Part shown: positions 29,301 through 44,300 of the stretch, one piece after another | Layout of the letters: every line of letters begins with the position of its first letter | How positions within the stretch are numbered: position 1 is the stretch's first letter | Source: Mobula hypostoma | Taxonomy: Eukaryota | DNA length: 64,000 bases | Direction: 5' to 3' | NCBI RefSeq assembly: GCF_963921235.1 | Contig: NC_086097.1 | Span: 32,552,001 to 32,616,000, forward strand | The notes under the pieces: generated by a model | What the model saw: only the letters and a program-made list of their open reading frames with translations | The model's database searches: none | Told to the model about the DNA's origin: nothing | Made by a program: the position numbers and the translations under genes

Positions 29301-32300
29301 GGAACACCCCTGGAGTCCGATTTTGCTGTTAACCAACACTATTTTATTAGTAACTACATAATATAGTAACATAAAACCAGATAAATAAAACATGTTAGCA
29401 GAGCTTATGCATATATAGGTGTGTAAATATAAAACCCAAACTTCTTCAAGCTTAGGTGGTAAGTGATACAGTCTTACGATGGTATGTAAATGAAGTCAGC
29501 TCAGTTCGTGATATGGAGTTGAATAGAATTTAGGAGAGAGAGAGGTGATTTGTTATCCAAGTAAGCCGATGCTGTCGATCCTTCCCGTTGTCCTCTGAAA
29601 TCCTTTAAGGTCACCGAATGTGACCACACTAAGGGTACCGTCTTCACGTGGTAAAGCTATCAACCCAGGCAAGGGTTAAACACACTGATTATTTTCCACA
29701 GTTCACCCCTTTTCCACACTGCAAGAGCCACTGATCGATTCTCTCCTCAAAACCCACCCTTTTGTGGGTACTCAAAGCTCACCCAGCATCCGTTTCTTCT
29801 GCGTCTCTGTGTGTCTACCAGAAAGCCAGCTGACCTTGTGTATATACCCAAACATGCTGAACACCAGCTGTCCATTATATAGCTCCATCCTTCTATCACC
29901 ATAGCAACTTACGAGCTGCTCAGCGCCTCTCTCTCTCTGAATCTGTGGCACACTCTCTCTTTTTAAAGGCACAGTCCATAATGAATTATCCTTAGGATTT
30001 CGTCACAAGTGGCACTGAGTGCAGATCAAAGCTCCAAAAGGCATCAAGATCCTTTATACCAGGTCATTAAACTTGATCTCACTATAGTGCTTTCAGACCC
30101 AGACCCTCATCAGAACCATAAGATACAGGAGCAGATTTAGGCCATTTGGCCCATCAAGTCTGCTCTGCCACTTCAACATGGCTGATCTAATTTTCCTCTT
30201 AGCCCCAACCTCCTGCCTTCTCCCTGTATCCCTTCATGCCCTGACTAATCAAACATCTATCAATCTCTGTCTTAAATATACTGTACATAAAAACTTGGCC
30301 TTCATCACTGCTTATGGCAAAGAATTCCAGATTCACCACTCTCTGGCTAAAGAAAATTCCTCCTCATCTCCTTTCTAAAAGTACTCTCTTCTATTTTGAA
30401 GCTGTGTCCTCTGGTCTTGGACTCTCCCACCAAAGGAAACATCCTCTCCACATCCACTCTATCAAGACCTTTCACCATTCGAAAGGTTTTAATGAGGTCA
30501 TCCCTCATTCTTCTGAATTCTAGTGAATACAAGCCCAGAGCCATCAAATGTTCTCCATATGACAAGCTGTTCAATCCTGGAATCATTTTCATGAATCTCC
30601 TTTGAACCCTCTCCAGTTTCCGCACATCCTTTCAAAGATAAGGGGCCCAAAACTGCTCACAATAATCCAAGAGAGGCCTCATCAGTGCTTTATAAAGTCT
30701 CAACATTATATCCTTGTTTTTATATTCTAGTCTTCTTGAAATAAATGCTAACGTCACATATGCCTTCCTTACCACAGACTTAACCTGCATATTAACCTTT
30801 AGAGAACCCTGCACAAGGACTCCCAAGTCTCTTTGCATCTCATTTTGTATTTTCTCTCCATTTAGAAAGTGGTCAACCCTTTCATTTCTTCTTCTAAAGT
30901 GCATGACCATACACTTCCTGATACTCCATCTGGCTATTTTTGCCAATTCTCATGATTTGTCTAAGCCTCTCTACTTCCGCAAAACTACGTTCCCCTCCAC
31001 CTATTTTCATATCCTCTGCAAACTTTGAAACAAAGCCATCCATTCTATCATCAAAATCATTGACATATAACATAAAAAGAATCAGTTCCAACACAGACCC
31101 CTGTGGAACACCACTAATCACATGCAGCCAACCAGAAAAGGCTTGTTTTATTCCCACTCTTTGCCTCCTGCCAATAAACCACTGCTTTATTCATGCTAGA
31201 ATCTTTCCTGTAATACCATGGGCTTTGTAGCTTGGTAAGCAGCCTCATGTGTGACACCTTGTCAAAGGCCTTCTGAAAATCCAGGTACACAACAGCAATT
31301 GATTCTCCTTTGCCTATCCTGCTTGTTGTTTCTTCAAAGAATTCCAACAGATTTGTCAGGGAAGATGTTCCTGTAAGGAAACCATACTGATTACAGCCTA
31401 TTTCATCATGTGCTTCCAAGTACGCTGAGACCTCATCCTTGATAATCGACTCCAACATCTTACTAACTGACCTATAATTTCCTTTCTTCTGCCTCTCTAC
31501 CTTCTTGGAGTGACATTTGCAATTTCCCAGTGTTCGCGAACCATTCCAGAATCTAGTGATTCTTGAAAGATCATTACTCATAATCTTCAGCCACCTCTTT
31601 CAGAACTCTGGTGTGTACACCATCTGGTTCACGTGGCTTATCCACCTTTAGACCTTCCAGTTTCCCAACAACCTTCATGACCGCTGACACCTGGAATTTC
31701 CACCATACTGCTAGTGTTTTCCACAGTGATGATTGAAGCAAAGTACTTATTTAGTTCGTCCAGTATTTCCTTGTCTCACATTACTACCTCTCCAGCATAA
31801 TTTTCCAGAAGTCTGAGATCAAATCTTGCCTCTCTTTTACACTTTACATATCTGAATAAATTTTTGGTACCCTCTTCAGTATTATTGGCTAGCATATTTT
31901 TGTATTCCATCTTTACCTTCTTAATGGTGTCTTTAGTTGCCTTCTGTTAGTTTTTAAAAACTTCTCAATCAACTAATTTCCCACAAATTTTTGCTCTATT
32001 ATATGCCCTCTCTTTGGCTTTTATGGTGGCTTTGACTTCTTTTGTTAGCCACAGTTGTGTCATCTTTCCTTTAGAATACTTTTTCCTCTTTGGGATGTTT
32101 ATATCCTATGCCTTCTGAATTGCTTCCAGATATTCCAGCCATTGCTGCTCTGCTGTTGTCCCTGTCAGTGTTCTTTTCCAATCAATTCTGGCCAATTCCT
32201 GTCTCATGCCTCTGGAATTCCTTTTACTCCACTGTAATAGTGATACATCTGACTTTAGTTTCTCCTTCTCATATTTCAAGGTGAATTCAGTTATATTATG

Positions 32301-35300
32301 ATCATTTGACCCTAAGGGTTCTTTTACCTTAAGGTCTCCAGTCAATTCTGGTTCATTGCATAACACTGAATCCGGAATAGCTGATCTTCTAGTGGGCTCA
32401 ACCACGAGCTGCTCTAAAAAGCCATCTTGTAGGCACTCTAGAAATTCCCCCCTCCTATAATCCAGCACTAAACTGATTTTCTCAATCTACCTGCATATTG
32501 AAATCACCCATGACTATTGTAACATTGCCCTTTTGGAATGCATTTTCTATTTCCTGCTGTAATTTGTAGACCATATCCTTACCACTGTTTTTGGGTCTGT
32601 ATACAACTCCCATCAGGGTCTATTTACCCTTGCAGTTCCTTAGCTCTATCCACAATAATTCAACATCTTCTGACCATGTCACCTCTTTCTAATGATTTGA
32701 TTTCAATTTTTACCAATAGAGCATCACTGCCCTCTCTGCCTTCCTGCCTGTCCTTTTGATACAACGTGTATCCTTGGACATTAAGTTTCCAGCTTTAATC
32801 TTCTTTCAGTCATGATTCAGTGATGCCTACGACATCATACCTGCCAATCTGCAATTGTGCTACAAGTTCATCTACCTTACTCCGTACACTGTGCACATTC
32901 AGAATCAGAATCAGATTTATTATCACCAGCATGTGATGTAAAATTTGTTAACTTAGTAGCAGCAGTTCAATGCAATACATAATATAGAAGAAAAAAATAA
33001 TAAATAAGTAAATCTTATTCAGTATACTTTATACAGTATACATATATTGAATAGATTAAAAATCATGCAAAAACAGAAATACTGTATATTAAAAAAGTGA
33101 AGTAGTGTCCAAAGCTCCAAAGTCCATTCAGGAATCCGATGGCAGAGGGGAAGAAGCTGTTCCTGAATTGCTGAGTGTGTGCCTTCAGGCTTCTGGATCT
33201 CCTACCTGATTGTAACAGTGATGCAGCCTGTCAGAATGCTCTCCACAGTATAGCTATAGAAGTTTTTGAGTGTATTTGTTGACATACCAAAGCTCTTCAA
33301 ACTCCTAATAAAGTATAGCCGCTGTCTTGTCTTTATAATTGCATCAATATGTTGGGACCAGGTTATATCCTCAGAGATCTTGACACCCAGGAACTTGAAA
33401 CTGCTCACTCTTTCCACTTCTGATCCCTCTATGAGGATTGATATGTGTTCCTTCGTCTTACCCTTCCTGAAGTCCACCATCAGCTCTTTCATCTTACTGT
33501 TGTTGAGTGCCAGGTTGTTGCTACGGCACCACTCCACTAGTTGGCATATCTCACTCCTGTACACCCTCTCGTCACCATCTGAGATTCTACCAACAATGGT
33601 AATGTCGTCAGCAAATTTATAGATGGTATTTGAGCTATGCCTAGCCACACAGTCATGTGTATATAGAGAGTAGAGCAGTGGGCTAGTCACCGAGGAGGAG
33701 ATATTATCACCAATCTGCACAGATTGTGGTCTTCTAGTTGCGAAGTTGAGAATCCAATTGCAGGGGGAGGTACAGAGGCCCAGGTTTTGCAACTTCTCAA
33801 TCAGGATTGTGGAAATGATGGTATTAAATGCTGAGCTACAGTTGATAAACAGTATCCTGATATAGGTGTTTGTGTTGTCCAGGTGGTCTAAAGCCACATG
33901 GACAGCCATTGAGATTGCATCTGCCATTGTTCTTTTGTGGTAATAGGCAAATTGCAACAGGTCCAGGTCCTTGCTGAGGCAGGAGTTCAGTCTAGTCATG
34001 ACCAACCTCTCAATGCATTTCATCACTAGATGTGAGTGCTATTGGGCAATAGTCATTGAGGCAGCTCATGTTATTCTTCTTAGGCACTAGTATAATTGTT
34101 GCCTTTTTGAAGCAAATGGGAACTTCCACCCTTAGCAGTGAAAGGTTGAAAACGTCCTTGAATACTCCCACCAGTTGGTTGGCACAGGTTTTCAAAGCCT
34201 TACCAGGTACTCCATTGGGACCTTCCGCCTTGCAAGGGTTCAATCTTTTTAAAGACAGCCTAACATCGACCTCTGAGACAGAGATCACAGGGTCATCAGG
34301 TGCAGCAGGGATCTTCGCAGCTGTAGTTGTATTCTCCCTTTCAAAGCGGGCATAGAAGGTGTTGAGTTCATCTGGTAGTGAAGCATTACTGCCATTCATG
34401 CTATTGGGTTTCACTTTGTAAGAAGTAATTTCTTGCAAGCCCTGCCAGAGTTGTTGTGCATCCGATGTCACCTCCAACCTTGTTCAAAATTGTCTCTTCG
34501 CACATGAAATAGCGCTCCGCAGATCATAGCTGGTTTTCTGGTACAGGCCTTCAAATAGAACACCTTCAGTCCTGTATTCACCCTTTTCAATTTTATCCGC
34601 CTTTTATGTTGCAAATCATCCTGTTGATTGCAATTCTGCCCTATCAACAGCCTCTCCTCATTACACATTGTAAACCAGCCACCTCATCTTCAGCACTATC
34701 ATCTGCCTTTCCTATGATACTTCTTCCATTGAAATATATGCAGCTTAGGATACTAGTTGCACCATGCTCAACTTTTTGATTCTTAACTTTGTCTGAGGTC
34801 TTACCAACATCTGCCTCCACAACATCTTCACTAACTGTTCTGGCAATCTGGTTCCTATACCCCTGAAACTCTAGCTAAACCCCACCGTGCAGCATTAACA
34901 AACCTTCCTGCTAGAATATTAGTCCCCCTCCAGTTCAGGTACAAACCATCCCTTCTACACAGGTCCCACCTTCCCTGGGAGACAGTCCAATGATCCAAAA
35001 CTCTCATGCCCTCCCTCCTACACCAACTCCTTAGCCACATATTAAACTGTATAATCTTCCTAGTCTGGCTTCACTAGCATGTGGGTTGGGTAGCAATCCT
35101 GAAGCTCTTGCCCTTTAACTTAGCACCTAACTCCCTGGACTCTCTATGCAGAACTTTGTCACTCCTCCTACCCATGTCATTGATTCTACATGGACCACGA
35201 CTTCTGGCTGTTCACCCTCCCACTTAAGAATGCTGAGAACTCGATCCAAATATCCCGGACCCTGGCACCCGGGAGGTAACATACCAGCCGGGAATCTCTT

Positions 35301-38300
35301 TCTTGCCCACAGAACCTCCTGTCCATTTCCTTAAATAACGGATCCCCTATCACCACAGTTTACCTCTTCTCCCACTTTTCCTTCTGAATCATAGAGGCAG
35401 GCTTAGTGCCAGAGATGAGACCACTGTGACTTCTGATAGACCCCTTCTCTTTGGACGGGATGTCCAGTGGTTAAGTGTTTAATGCTGCTGCCTCACAACC
35501 TCAGACACCTAGAGTTAGGCAGTTTTTGCCTGCAGTTTGCAGCTTCTCCCTGTAGTCGTGTAGTTACCCCTGGTGCTCCAGTTTCTTCCCACACTGCAGA
35601 GATGTTAAATGGTAGCTTCATTAGTTGCTGCAACTTGACCCTGAGTGCCAGCAGAATCGTGGTAAAATGCAGGGGAGGGGGAAGTGTTAATGAGGATATG
35701 AAAGTTAAAATGGGTTAAATATAGATGAGTGCCAATGGTCAGCATGGAAGTGGTGGGATGAAGGACTTGCTTCCATGATATATGACCTGTTGTACCCGGC
35801 TGATTTTGCGATCCAAAGGTTCTTTGGAAGTCAAGAAATGAGGCATTAACACTTGTTGGTTATGGCCATTTAAGTGTTACCTGAATGAAGAATGAACAAA
35901 TAAAGACACAATCATCTTATATTAAAAACTAGCTCAGAGTTGACAAAAGCAAGACATTGCAGAAATAAGAATAACCTATGAAATAGCCAGATTCAGTAGC
36001 ATGACACCTGCTACACAGAAACTTCTAGAAAAATAGATTCAGCTATACAATTACTGAAGAATTCACTGACATATACAGTAAACATACGAACAAGCACAAA
36101 CTACAAGAAAAAAAAATCTTCCACTTTAATCCAACAAACCCTATGATTTCTCAATCTCTCACCATTTAAAAAATTACTTTGTTTTTTTTCTGTTACATGC
36201 AATGTTAGTGACCTCGTTTTCTATGGTGTTCCACCTACCATGCACTCGGATACCTACTCAGCTTGTCAGTATCCTCCTGAAACTCAGTTACACACTTCTC
36301 CGTACTCACCATCCCACCAAGATGAGTTGCATCTGCAAACTTGGAAATATACCATCAGCTCCCTGCAGCCTAATCATGGCTATAGATTGTGAATTGTGAG
36401 GGTGCAAGCACTGATTTCTGTAATTTCCCACTAACCACTGCCTGCCAACCTGAAGTAGCTTAGGTTACTCCCACTCTGTTTACTGTTTGAAAACTAAATT
36501 ATTCGTCTATTTATGCCTTTATAAACTTATAAAAAACATACGCAGTCCATTTTTATGTTTCTCTCCAGTCACAGTGTACCTTGGGTTTCTTCATCAGATT
36601 CTTGGTCTTTTTTTTGCTGAGTTCTAAAATATTCCCAGTCCACTGGTATTCCTGGTCAGTCATTAAGTTTCTTCCTCATATTTTGCACCATCTTTTACTT
36701 CCTTTGTTAAGCCTGATTTATACTTCTGCGTTAACTGGACGCCGTAACTTACGCAAGTGGCCTATGCGTGTTGTGAGCATTTATACTTGTGCGTTGGTGT
36801 GTCTGCGTCGCTTGGCAATTTGCGCACGTCACGCATGCGCATTCATCCGCCCGCGCAAGGCTTCATGGTCATGGTAGTCTCGGGGTAAAAAAGACGCGAG
36901 CCTCTCTTTTCGTGCAAAATGTGTTCTCCATAATTTCGGAGGTCTGTAAAGCGTTATGGAAAGCATTGCAGCCAGAGTTCCTTCCCTGTCCTTCAGTCAC
37001 CCAATGGGAAGCTATTGCAGTGTAGGATGACATGCGATGCTACCAAGTGGACCAATCACAGTTGTTGCGTTCTGCGTTGCTGCGACGCGCAGTTACATTT
37101 TGGGAGAGGTGCGCGTCGCAGCAATGCAAGTTCTCGCGTAGGGTTCCGTGGCAGCTTTACGGCGACGCGTTGATGCAGAAGTATAAACCAGGCTTTAGCC
37201 TAAATCCATTTTCTTGTGAAGGGAGAAAAGGGGCTTGTTGTGCTCCGTGTTGCTCTGCCAAGGGTTGTGGGCATGCTATGTTGATGCCACAGTGTGTGGT
37301 GATACTTGAGGGCTATCCCCAGCATGTGCTTAGGTTGCATTGGTTGTTACTGGGTTCAATTCCCGTCACTGTCTGTAGGGAATTTCTATATTCTCCTCAC
37401 AATCGGGTGGGTTTCCTCCAGGTGCTCTGATTTCCTCCCACAATCACATTTCAAAAACAGATGGGTTAGCAAGGGTTAGTTAGAAAGTTGTAGTATGCTC
37501 TTTTGGCTCCATAAGCATGGCGACAATCGCAGGCTTCCCCAGCACATATTCGGGTGTTAGTCATTGACGTAAATGATGCACTTCACTCTATGTTTTGATG
37601 TACATTGACAATTAAAGCTAATCTTTAATCTTTAAGGATTCTGATACAACTGAGTTTTGCTGGGCCATGGATTCTGTAGGCACTTGCCCTTTCAGGTGTA
37701 TGGTTGCAGCAGGAATAGAAAGTTCTACTCAATCCAAGTTAAACTGCAGGGAGCTTTTGTCAAAGTTATCTGTAATGTGCTGGGAAGAGCAAGGTTTGAG
37801 TTTGGGTTGGGGGTCACTTTCAGTCTTGCGTTTTACTGACCTGATCAATATTTAGTCGAAGGGGCATCAGCGTAATGCGGAGACAACATTCCTGAGGCAT
37901 CCGAGTGGAATCGGGACTCACATGCAGTGCCTTAATGGTCAGCTGAAAGAGAAATTACCAGAGGTCACCAAAACCTATTCAGGTTTGATTATAAGGGGGC
38001 CTATGTGTGGTGAAATGAACCATATTCCCAATTTTAAAAGATGTAAGGACGATCTGGTCCTGGTAATTGAACAGTTGGTAGAATTTCAGTGGTATTGATA
38101 TTTTCTCTGATTGGGAATCCAGAACAAGGGAGCAAAAGCAGGTGCGGTGCAGTACAGTAACACACACAAAACTCTTGAGAAACTCAGTGGGTCAGGTAGC
38201 ACCTATGGAGCCAATGGACAGTCAATGTTTTGGGCTGAGACCTTTCATCAGGACTGGGTGAAATATGACGTGCCAAACTAATTAAACTAATAATGAAATA

Positions 38301-41300
38301 TTACTTTGTCCAACATTACTGGAAGCAGCCATAGAGTTCCTTGCTGTTGATCCCTCCCTGTCCGCAACCAAAGGATTAGGTCAACAACCTGGCCTGGGAC
38401 TCAGCCTCACCATGTTGGAATGAGCTTTTCTTGGTAGCTCTTTGCTGGAGTACAAGTATAGGAACTTGTTCATCTGAGAAGTTGCAAGGCGGTCTCGGAT
38501 CTCAAGGTCCTGGACTATGAAGACTTGTCGTGAGATAGGACTCTCTGTCGAACCTGGATCCACAGGGTGGCCTGTCTGAGGATAAACTTCATGCTGAAAT
38601 TTCACCTTTGGGAATAAAAAGAAACAAACTTGGTAAATGGTGAACTGGTTTATTATTGTCACAAGAACTAAACTAATTTGACAAGGAGATGGGAATGGAG
38701 TGATAGGGCTGAGGATGGAGCAGTTGGTATGCAAGTTGATGCACTGAGGATGGTAGGGAAAATTGCAGTTAGTGGGATGAGCTGAAGTGTAACATATAGG
38801 GAAAATTGAAAATGGTGATGAATACAAGCCCGAAGGTGTTATATTTGAATGCACACAGTATATGAAATAAGGCAGATCTTGTAGTGCAGTTAGAGATTGG
38901 CATTGTGGGCATCACCAAGTCGTGGCTGAAAGAAGATCATAGTGGGGGGGGGGGAGGAGAGAAGATACAGTCAGATGGATCAGTATTACAGTGGAGTAAA
39001 GGAAATTATAGAGGTATGAGTTGGAAGATAGCCAAAGCTAATTGGAAGGGGGCACCATCAGGAATAACAGCAGAACAGCAATGGCTGGAGTTTCCTGGGG
39101 CAAATCGGAAGGTGCAGGACAGAAAGATGCAGTATTCTAAAGGAGGATGAGGCAACTGTAACTGATAAGTGAAGTCAAAGTCAGCATAAATGCAAAGGAG
39201 AGGGCATGTAATATAGCAAAAATGATTGGAAGTTAGAAGACTGGGATCAAAATAAGGCAACTAAAAAAGCCACAGGGTGAAAAAAGATGAAATATGAAGG
39301 TAAGCTAGCCAATAATATAAAAGGGAATACCAAATGTTTTTTCAGATATAGAATGAGTAAAAGAGAGGCGAGAGAGGATATTAGACCATTGGAAAATGGT
39401 GCTGGAGAGGTAATAATGGAGGACAAAATAGAGGCAGGCAAACTTAAGAAGTATTTTGTGTCAGTCTTCACAATAGCAGTATGCCAGAAATTTGAGAGTG
39501 TCAGAGTGCATAAGTAAATCTAGCTGTTATTACCAAGGAGGAGGTACTTGGGAAGCTGAAGGGTCTGAAGATAGGTAAAGTCACCTGGACCAGATGGTGT
39601 ACACCTCAGGGTTCTGAAAGAGGTAGCTGAAGAGATTGTGGAGGCTTTAGTAATGATCTTTCAAGAATCACCAAAGGACTGGAAAATTGCAAAAATGTCA
39701 CTCCGCTCTTTGGGGGGGGGGAAGGGAGACAGAAGAAAGAAAATAATAGCTCAGTTAGCCTTACTTCAGTGGTTGGGAAGATGTTATGTCCTTTAAGGAT
39801 GAAACTTTGGGGTATTTGGAGGCACATAATGAAATAGGCCAAAGTCCACATGGTTTCCTTAAGGGGAAATCTTGGCTGACAAAGCTGTTGGAATTATTTT
39901 AGGAAATAACAGGCAGGATTAACAAAGGACAGTCAGTGGATGTTGTTTACTTGGATTTTCAGAAGCCGTTTGACAAGGTGCTGCACTTGAGGCTGAATAA
40001 CTAGAGCCCAGAGTATTATAGGAAAGATACTAGCATGTATAGAAGATTGGCTGACTGGCAGGAGGCAAAGAGTGGGAATAACGGGGGCCTCTTCTGGTTG
40101 GCTGCTGGTGACCAATGGTGATCTGCAGGGGTCAGTACTGGAATTGCTTCTTTTCACATTATATGTCAATGATTTGGTTGATGGAATAGATGGCTTTGTG
40201 GCCAAGTTTGCAGACAATACAAAGATTAGTGGAGTGACAGGTAATGTTGAGGAAGCATGGAGTCTGCAGAAGAACTTAGACAGATTGGGAGAATTGGGAA
40301 AGATGTGGCAGATGTAATATAGTGTAGGGAAGTGCATGATCATACACTTTGGCAGAAACAAATAAAAGCATGGACTATTTTCTAACCGGGGAGAAAATTC
40401 AAAAAAGTCAGAGGTGCAGAGGGACTTGAGTCTTTATGCAAGATTTCCTACAGGTTAACTTGCAGGTTAAGACAATGATAAGGAAGGCTAATGCAATGTT
40501 AGCATTCATTTCGAGAGGACTAGAATACAAGGGCAAGAATGTGATGCTGGGGCTTCATAAGGCATTAGACAGATCGCACAGAGTATTGTGAGTAGCTTTG
40601 GGCTTCTTATCTAAGAAAAGATCTATTGGCCTTGAATAGGGTCTAGAGGTTTACGAGAATGATTGTGGAATTTAAAGGTTAACGAATGAGGAGCGTTTAA
40701 TGGCTCTGGGCTTGTTCTTGCTGGAGGTTAGAAGAATGAGGGGGAAACTCATTTAAATCTATTGAATATTGACAAACCTAGATAGAGTGGATGTGGAGAG
40801 GATGTTTCCTATAGTGGTTGAGTGTAGGACCAGAGGGTACAGCCTCAGAATAGAGAAACGTCCATTTAGAACAGAGATGAGGAGGAATTTCTTTATCCAG
40901 AGGGTGGAGAATCTGTGGAATTCATTGTCACGGACAGTTGTGGAAGCTAAAGTCATGGAGCATATTTAAAGCAGACGTTGATATGTTCTTGATCAATTCA
41001 TTACAATGCATAGTGATAATACATGGTAAAGCATAACAGAATAACGTGTTACAGTTACAGAGAAAGTGCAGAACAGAATAAAAATAAAGAATCAGGTTTA
41101 TGATTATCAATACATGCTGTGAAATCTGTTGTTTTAACAAATAAATAGTGCAGAAGACAAATGAGATCATAAACACAAGAAATTCTGCAGATGTTGGAAA
41201 TCCAAAGTAACACGTACAAAATGCTAGAGGAATTCAGCAGGTCACGCAGCATCAATAGAGGAATAAAGAACCTTGATGAAGAGTCTCAGGCCAAAACGTT

Positions 41301-44300
41301 GACTCTTTATTCTCTTTCATAGATACTGCCTGACCTGCTGAGTTCCTCCAGTACTTTGCATGTGTTACAAATAATGAGGCAGTGCTCGTCGTTCATGGAC
41401 CATTCAGAAATGTGATGGTGGAGGGGAAGAAGCAGCTCTCCACCTCTGTTCATCGCTTCTTGAAGATGTCGTCGCTAGTGGATAAGGTTCAATATCTCAG
41501 AGCACCTAAAATAGGCCAAACACATTGATGCAATCATGAAGATTTACAAATTTCTACTGACGTATGGTGGACAGCATTACTGGTTGCATCACAGGCTGGT
41601 ATGGAGCCTCCAATGCATAGGATCACAAGATGCTGAAGATGGTTCAAAACTCAGATTCAATCACAGGGACAACCCTCCCTACCACCCAAGACGTGGTTCC
41701 TCAAGAAGGCAGTAGCTTTAACTGAGGACCTGCAACATCTGGGAAAAGCCTTCTGTTTATGATGGCTTTAACAAGAGGGCAAAATTTTAAGCTGAATGAA
41801 GGAAAGAACAGGGGATATTAGAGGTAAAGTGTGTTTTTTTTTAATATAAACACAGCTAGTGCCCTTTTTCTAGGGTGGGAAATGGCTAATACAAGGGAGC
41901 ATAAGTTTAAGGACAGCTAGTGCCCTTTTTCTAGGGAGGAAAGTAGAGGGAGGGATATCAGAGGTACGTTTTTTCTTTATACAGAGAGTGGTGGATGAGT
42001 GAAATGGGCCGCTAGAGGTAGTGGAAGCAGCAGATACATTCAAGGCATTTAAGGAACTCTTGGAAAGGCACATGGATTAAAGAAAAATAGAGGACTATGT
42101 GGGAGGAAAGGGTTAGATTGATCTTGGAGTTGGTTAAAAGGTCAGCACATTGTGGGATGAATGGCCTGTATTGCACTGTACTGTTCTATATCCTTGTACT
42201 GCCTTCAGGGAGGAGAAGCAGTCATCTGAAGGCCCATACTTGATATAGGAGCAGCTTTTTCCCCTTTCCATTACATTTTTGAATTGTCCATGAACCCATG
42301 AACACTACCTCATCATTTATTTTCTTTTGTAGTACTTATTTTTGTAACTTATAGTAAATTTTGTGTCTTTGCAGTGTACTGCTGCAACAAAACAACAAAC
42401 TTCATTTCATAAATCAGTGATAATAAATCTCATTGATTATTTTTCCTCCATAAATGGAGCAGACTCACAGATAACTGATAGGAAACAGTAAGGCAGAGTT
42501 AATCATCTCAGTACAGTGCACTCTTTACTGAATCTGTGGGTGGTGTATTGTGGCTTCAAATTCAACACCAAAGATTTAAACATAAGAATCAGCTCAATAC
42601 TGAGTGAAGGCTAGACTTTCAGGTCAGACTTTAAATCAAGGCCACATATCTTTTCTCAGGTGTGTTTTAAATTTATTACTCAACAGAGAATACCAGTTTT
42701 GTGGTTCTTTGCTATATGACTTATAAAGCTGAACACGTTTTAAAATACTGCTGTCCATCAAACACTTTCCAACCCTTGTTGACGTGAAACACGCAATAGA
42801 AATGGATGTTCAATCTCCATTCTGATGGGCAATTTCAGGATTGTTGGTCGAATGGAGTTACACTACCATTCTGTGTTTCACCTTTGGCATCCAAGTTCAA
42901 ATAAAGTCCAATGTGATGTGCTAAAAGTATCCTGTTTGCTGAATCCATTCATCTCCCCATTCCTGGGTGAACTTACTGGTTGTCTGACCCATTGATATCC
43001 TGAAATATCCAATATCCAGTGAGAAACTCACGTGCTATGTTTATGTTTGTCTGATGTACTGTGCAAACAACCCCCCTATGAAGGCACATCATACTTTCCC
43101 AACTCAAGACAGTCACAAGATAGTGAAGCAATGCCTTAAAGATACGATATAGCTGACGTGAGGACATTAGCACCATTTAAAAGCCATCTACATAGGCACA
43201 TGGAAGGGAGACATTTAGCGAGCTATGGGCCAAAGGCCCTGTTTCTTTGCTGAATGTCTCATGATTCTACAATAGGAAGGCAGAAAAAGATGGAAAAGAG
43301 TGTTGTAGAAAGAGTTAAAGATTCACTTTATTTGTCACGCATATTGGAACATATAGTGAAGTGTGCCGTGTTGCGTCAACGACCAACACAGTTCTGGGGC
43401 AGCCTGCAAATGTCGCCATGCGTCCAGCATCGATAAAGTATGCCCACGACTCACTAACCCTAACATCTTTGGAATGAGGGACAAAACCCATGTGATCATG
43501 GGGAGAATGTACAAAGAAGGGTAGGAAGATGCTCACAGGAGGACAGATCGAGGATGCTTCAGCTTCTCACCTTACTGAATTGAATCTCCATCAGGATATC
43601 GTGGTTCCTTCCGGGTCCACCCTGAATGCGCCTGGTCGAACGGCCGTGTCGCGCAGAAGACTGAGATGGGGAGCTTTGGGAAGAGCTGGAGCCAGTTCTC
43701 ATGCTACAAAGACAGGAGCATAAAAATTAGCAGCAATGCATTGCCACATCACCAGGTTCAGGAACAGTTATTACCCTTCAACAATCAAGGCCATGAACTA
43801 GCATGGATAACTTCACTCACCTCATCTATGAACTGATTCCACAACCTATAGACTCACTTTCAAGGATTCTATAACTAATATTTTCCAATATTATTTATTT
43901 GTTTTTTTTGTATTTACACAATTTGTCTTTTTTTGCACATAGGTTGCTTGTCAGTCTTTGTGTTTAGTTCTTCAATGATTTCATTGCACTTCTACCTACC
44001 GTGAATGCCCACAAGAAAACAAATCTCAGGGTAGTATATGGTGACATATACGTACTTTAATAATAAATTATATTCAACAATTAATAAATTTACTTTGAAC
44101 TTTGATATTCTGCCTTAATGAGTATTTTAATTGAAGAAACAGCAGAATGTTTATCCCCAGCCAAATTAAAATGATCTCCTGTCCCCATTGATGATGCAAA
44201 GATCATTGCCAGAAGCTCAGCAATCTCCTCCCTCACCTCCCACAGTAGCCTGGGGTACATCTCATCCGGTCCTGGAGATTAATCCAACTTGGTGCTTTCC

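Noticed and set aside
41852..41936. 24-bp direct repeat acagctagtgccctttttctaggg twice, CRISPR-like spacing
   Set aside because: Only two units inside a CR1 3' fragment in a vertebrate genome; local duplication.
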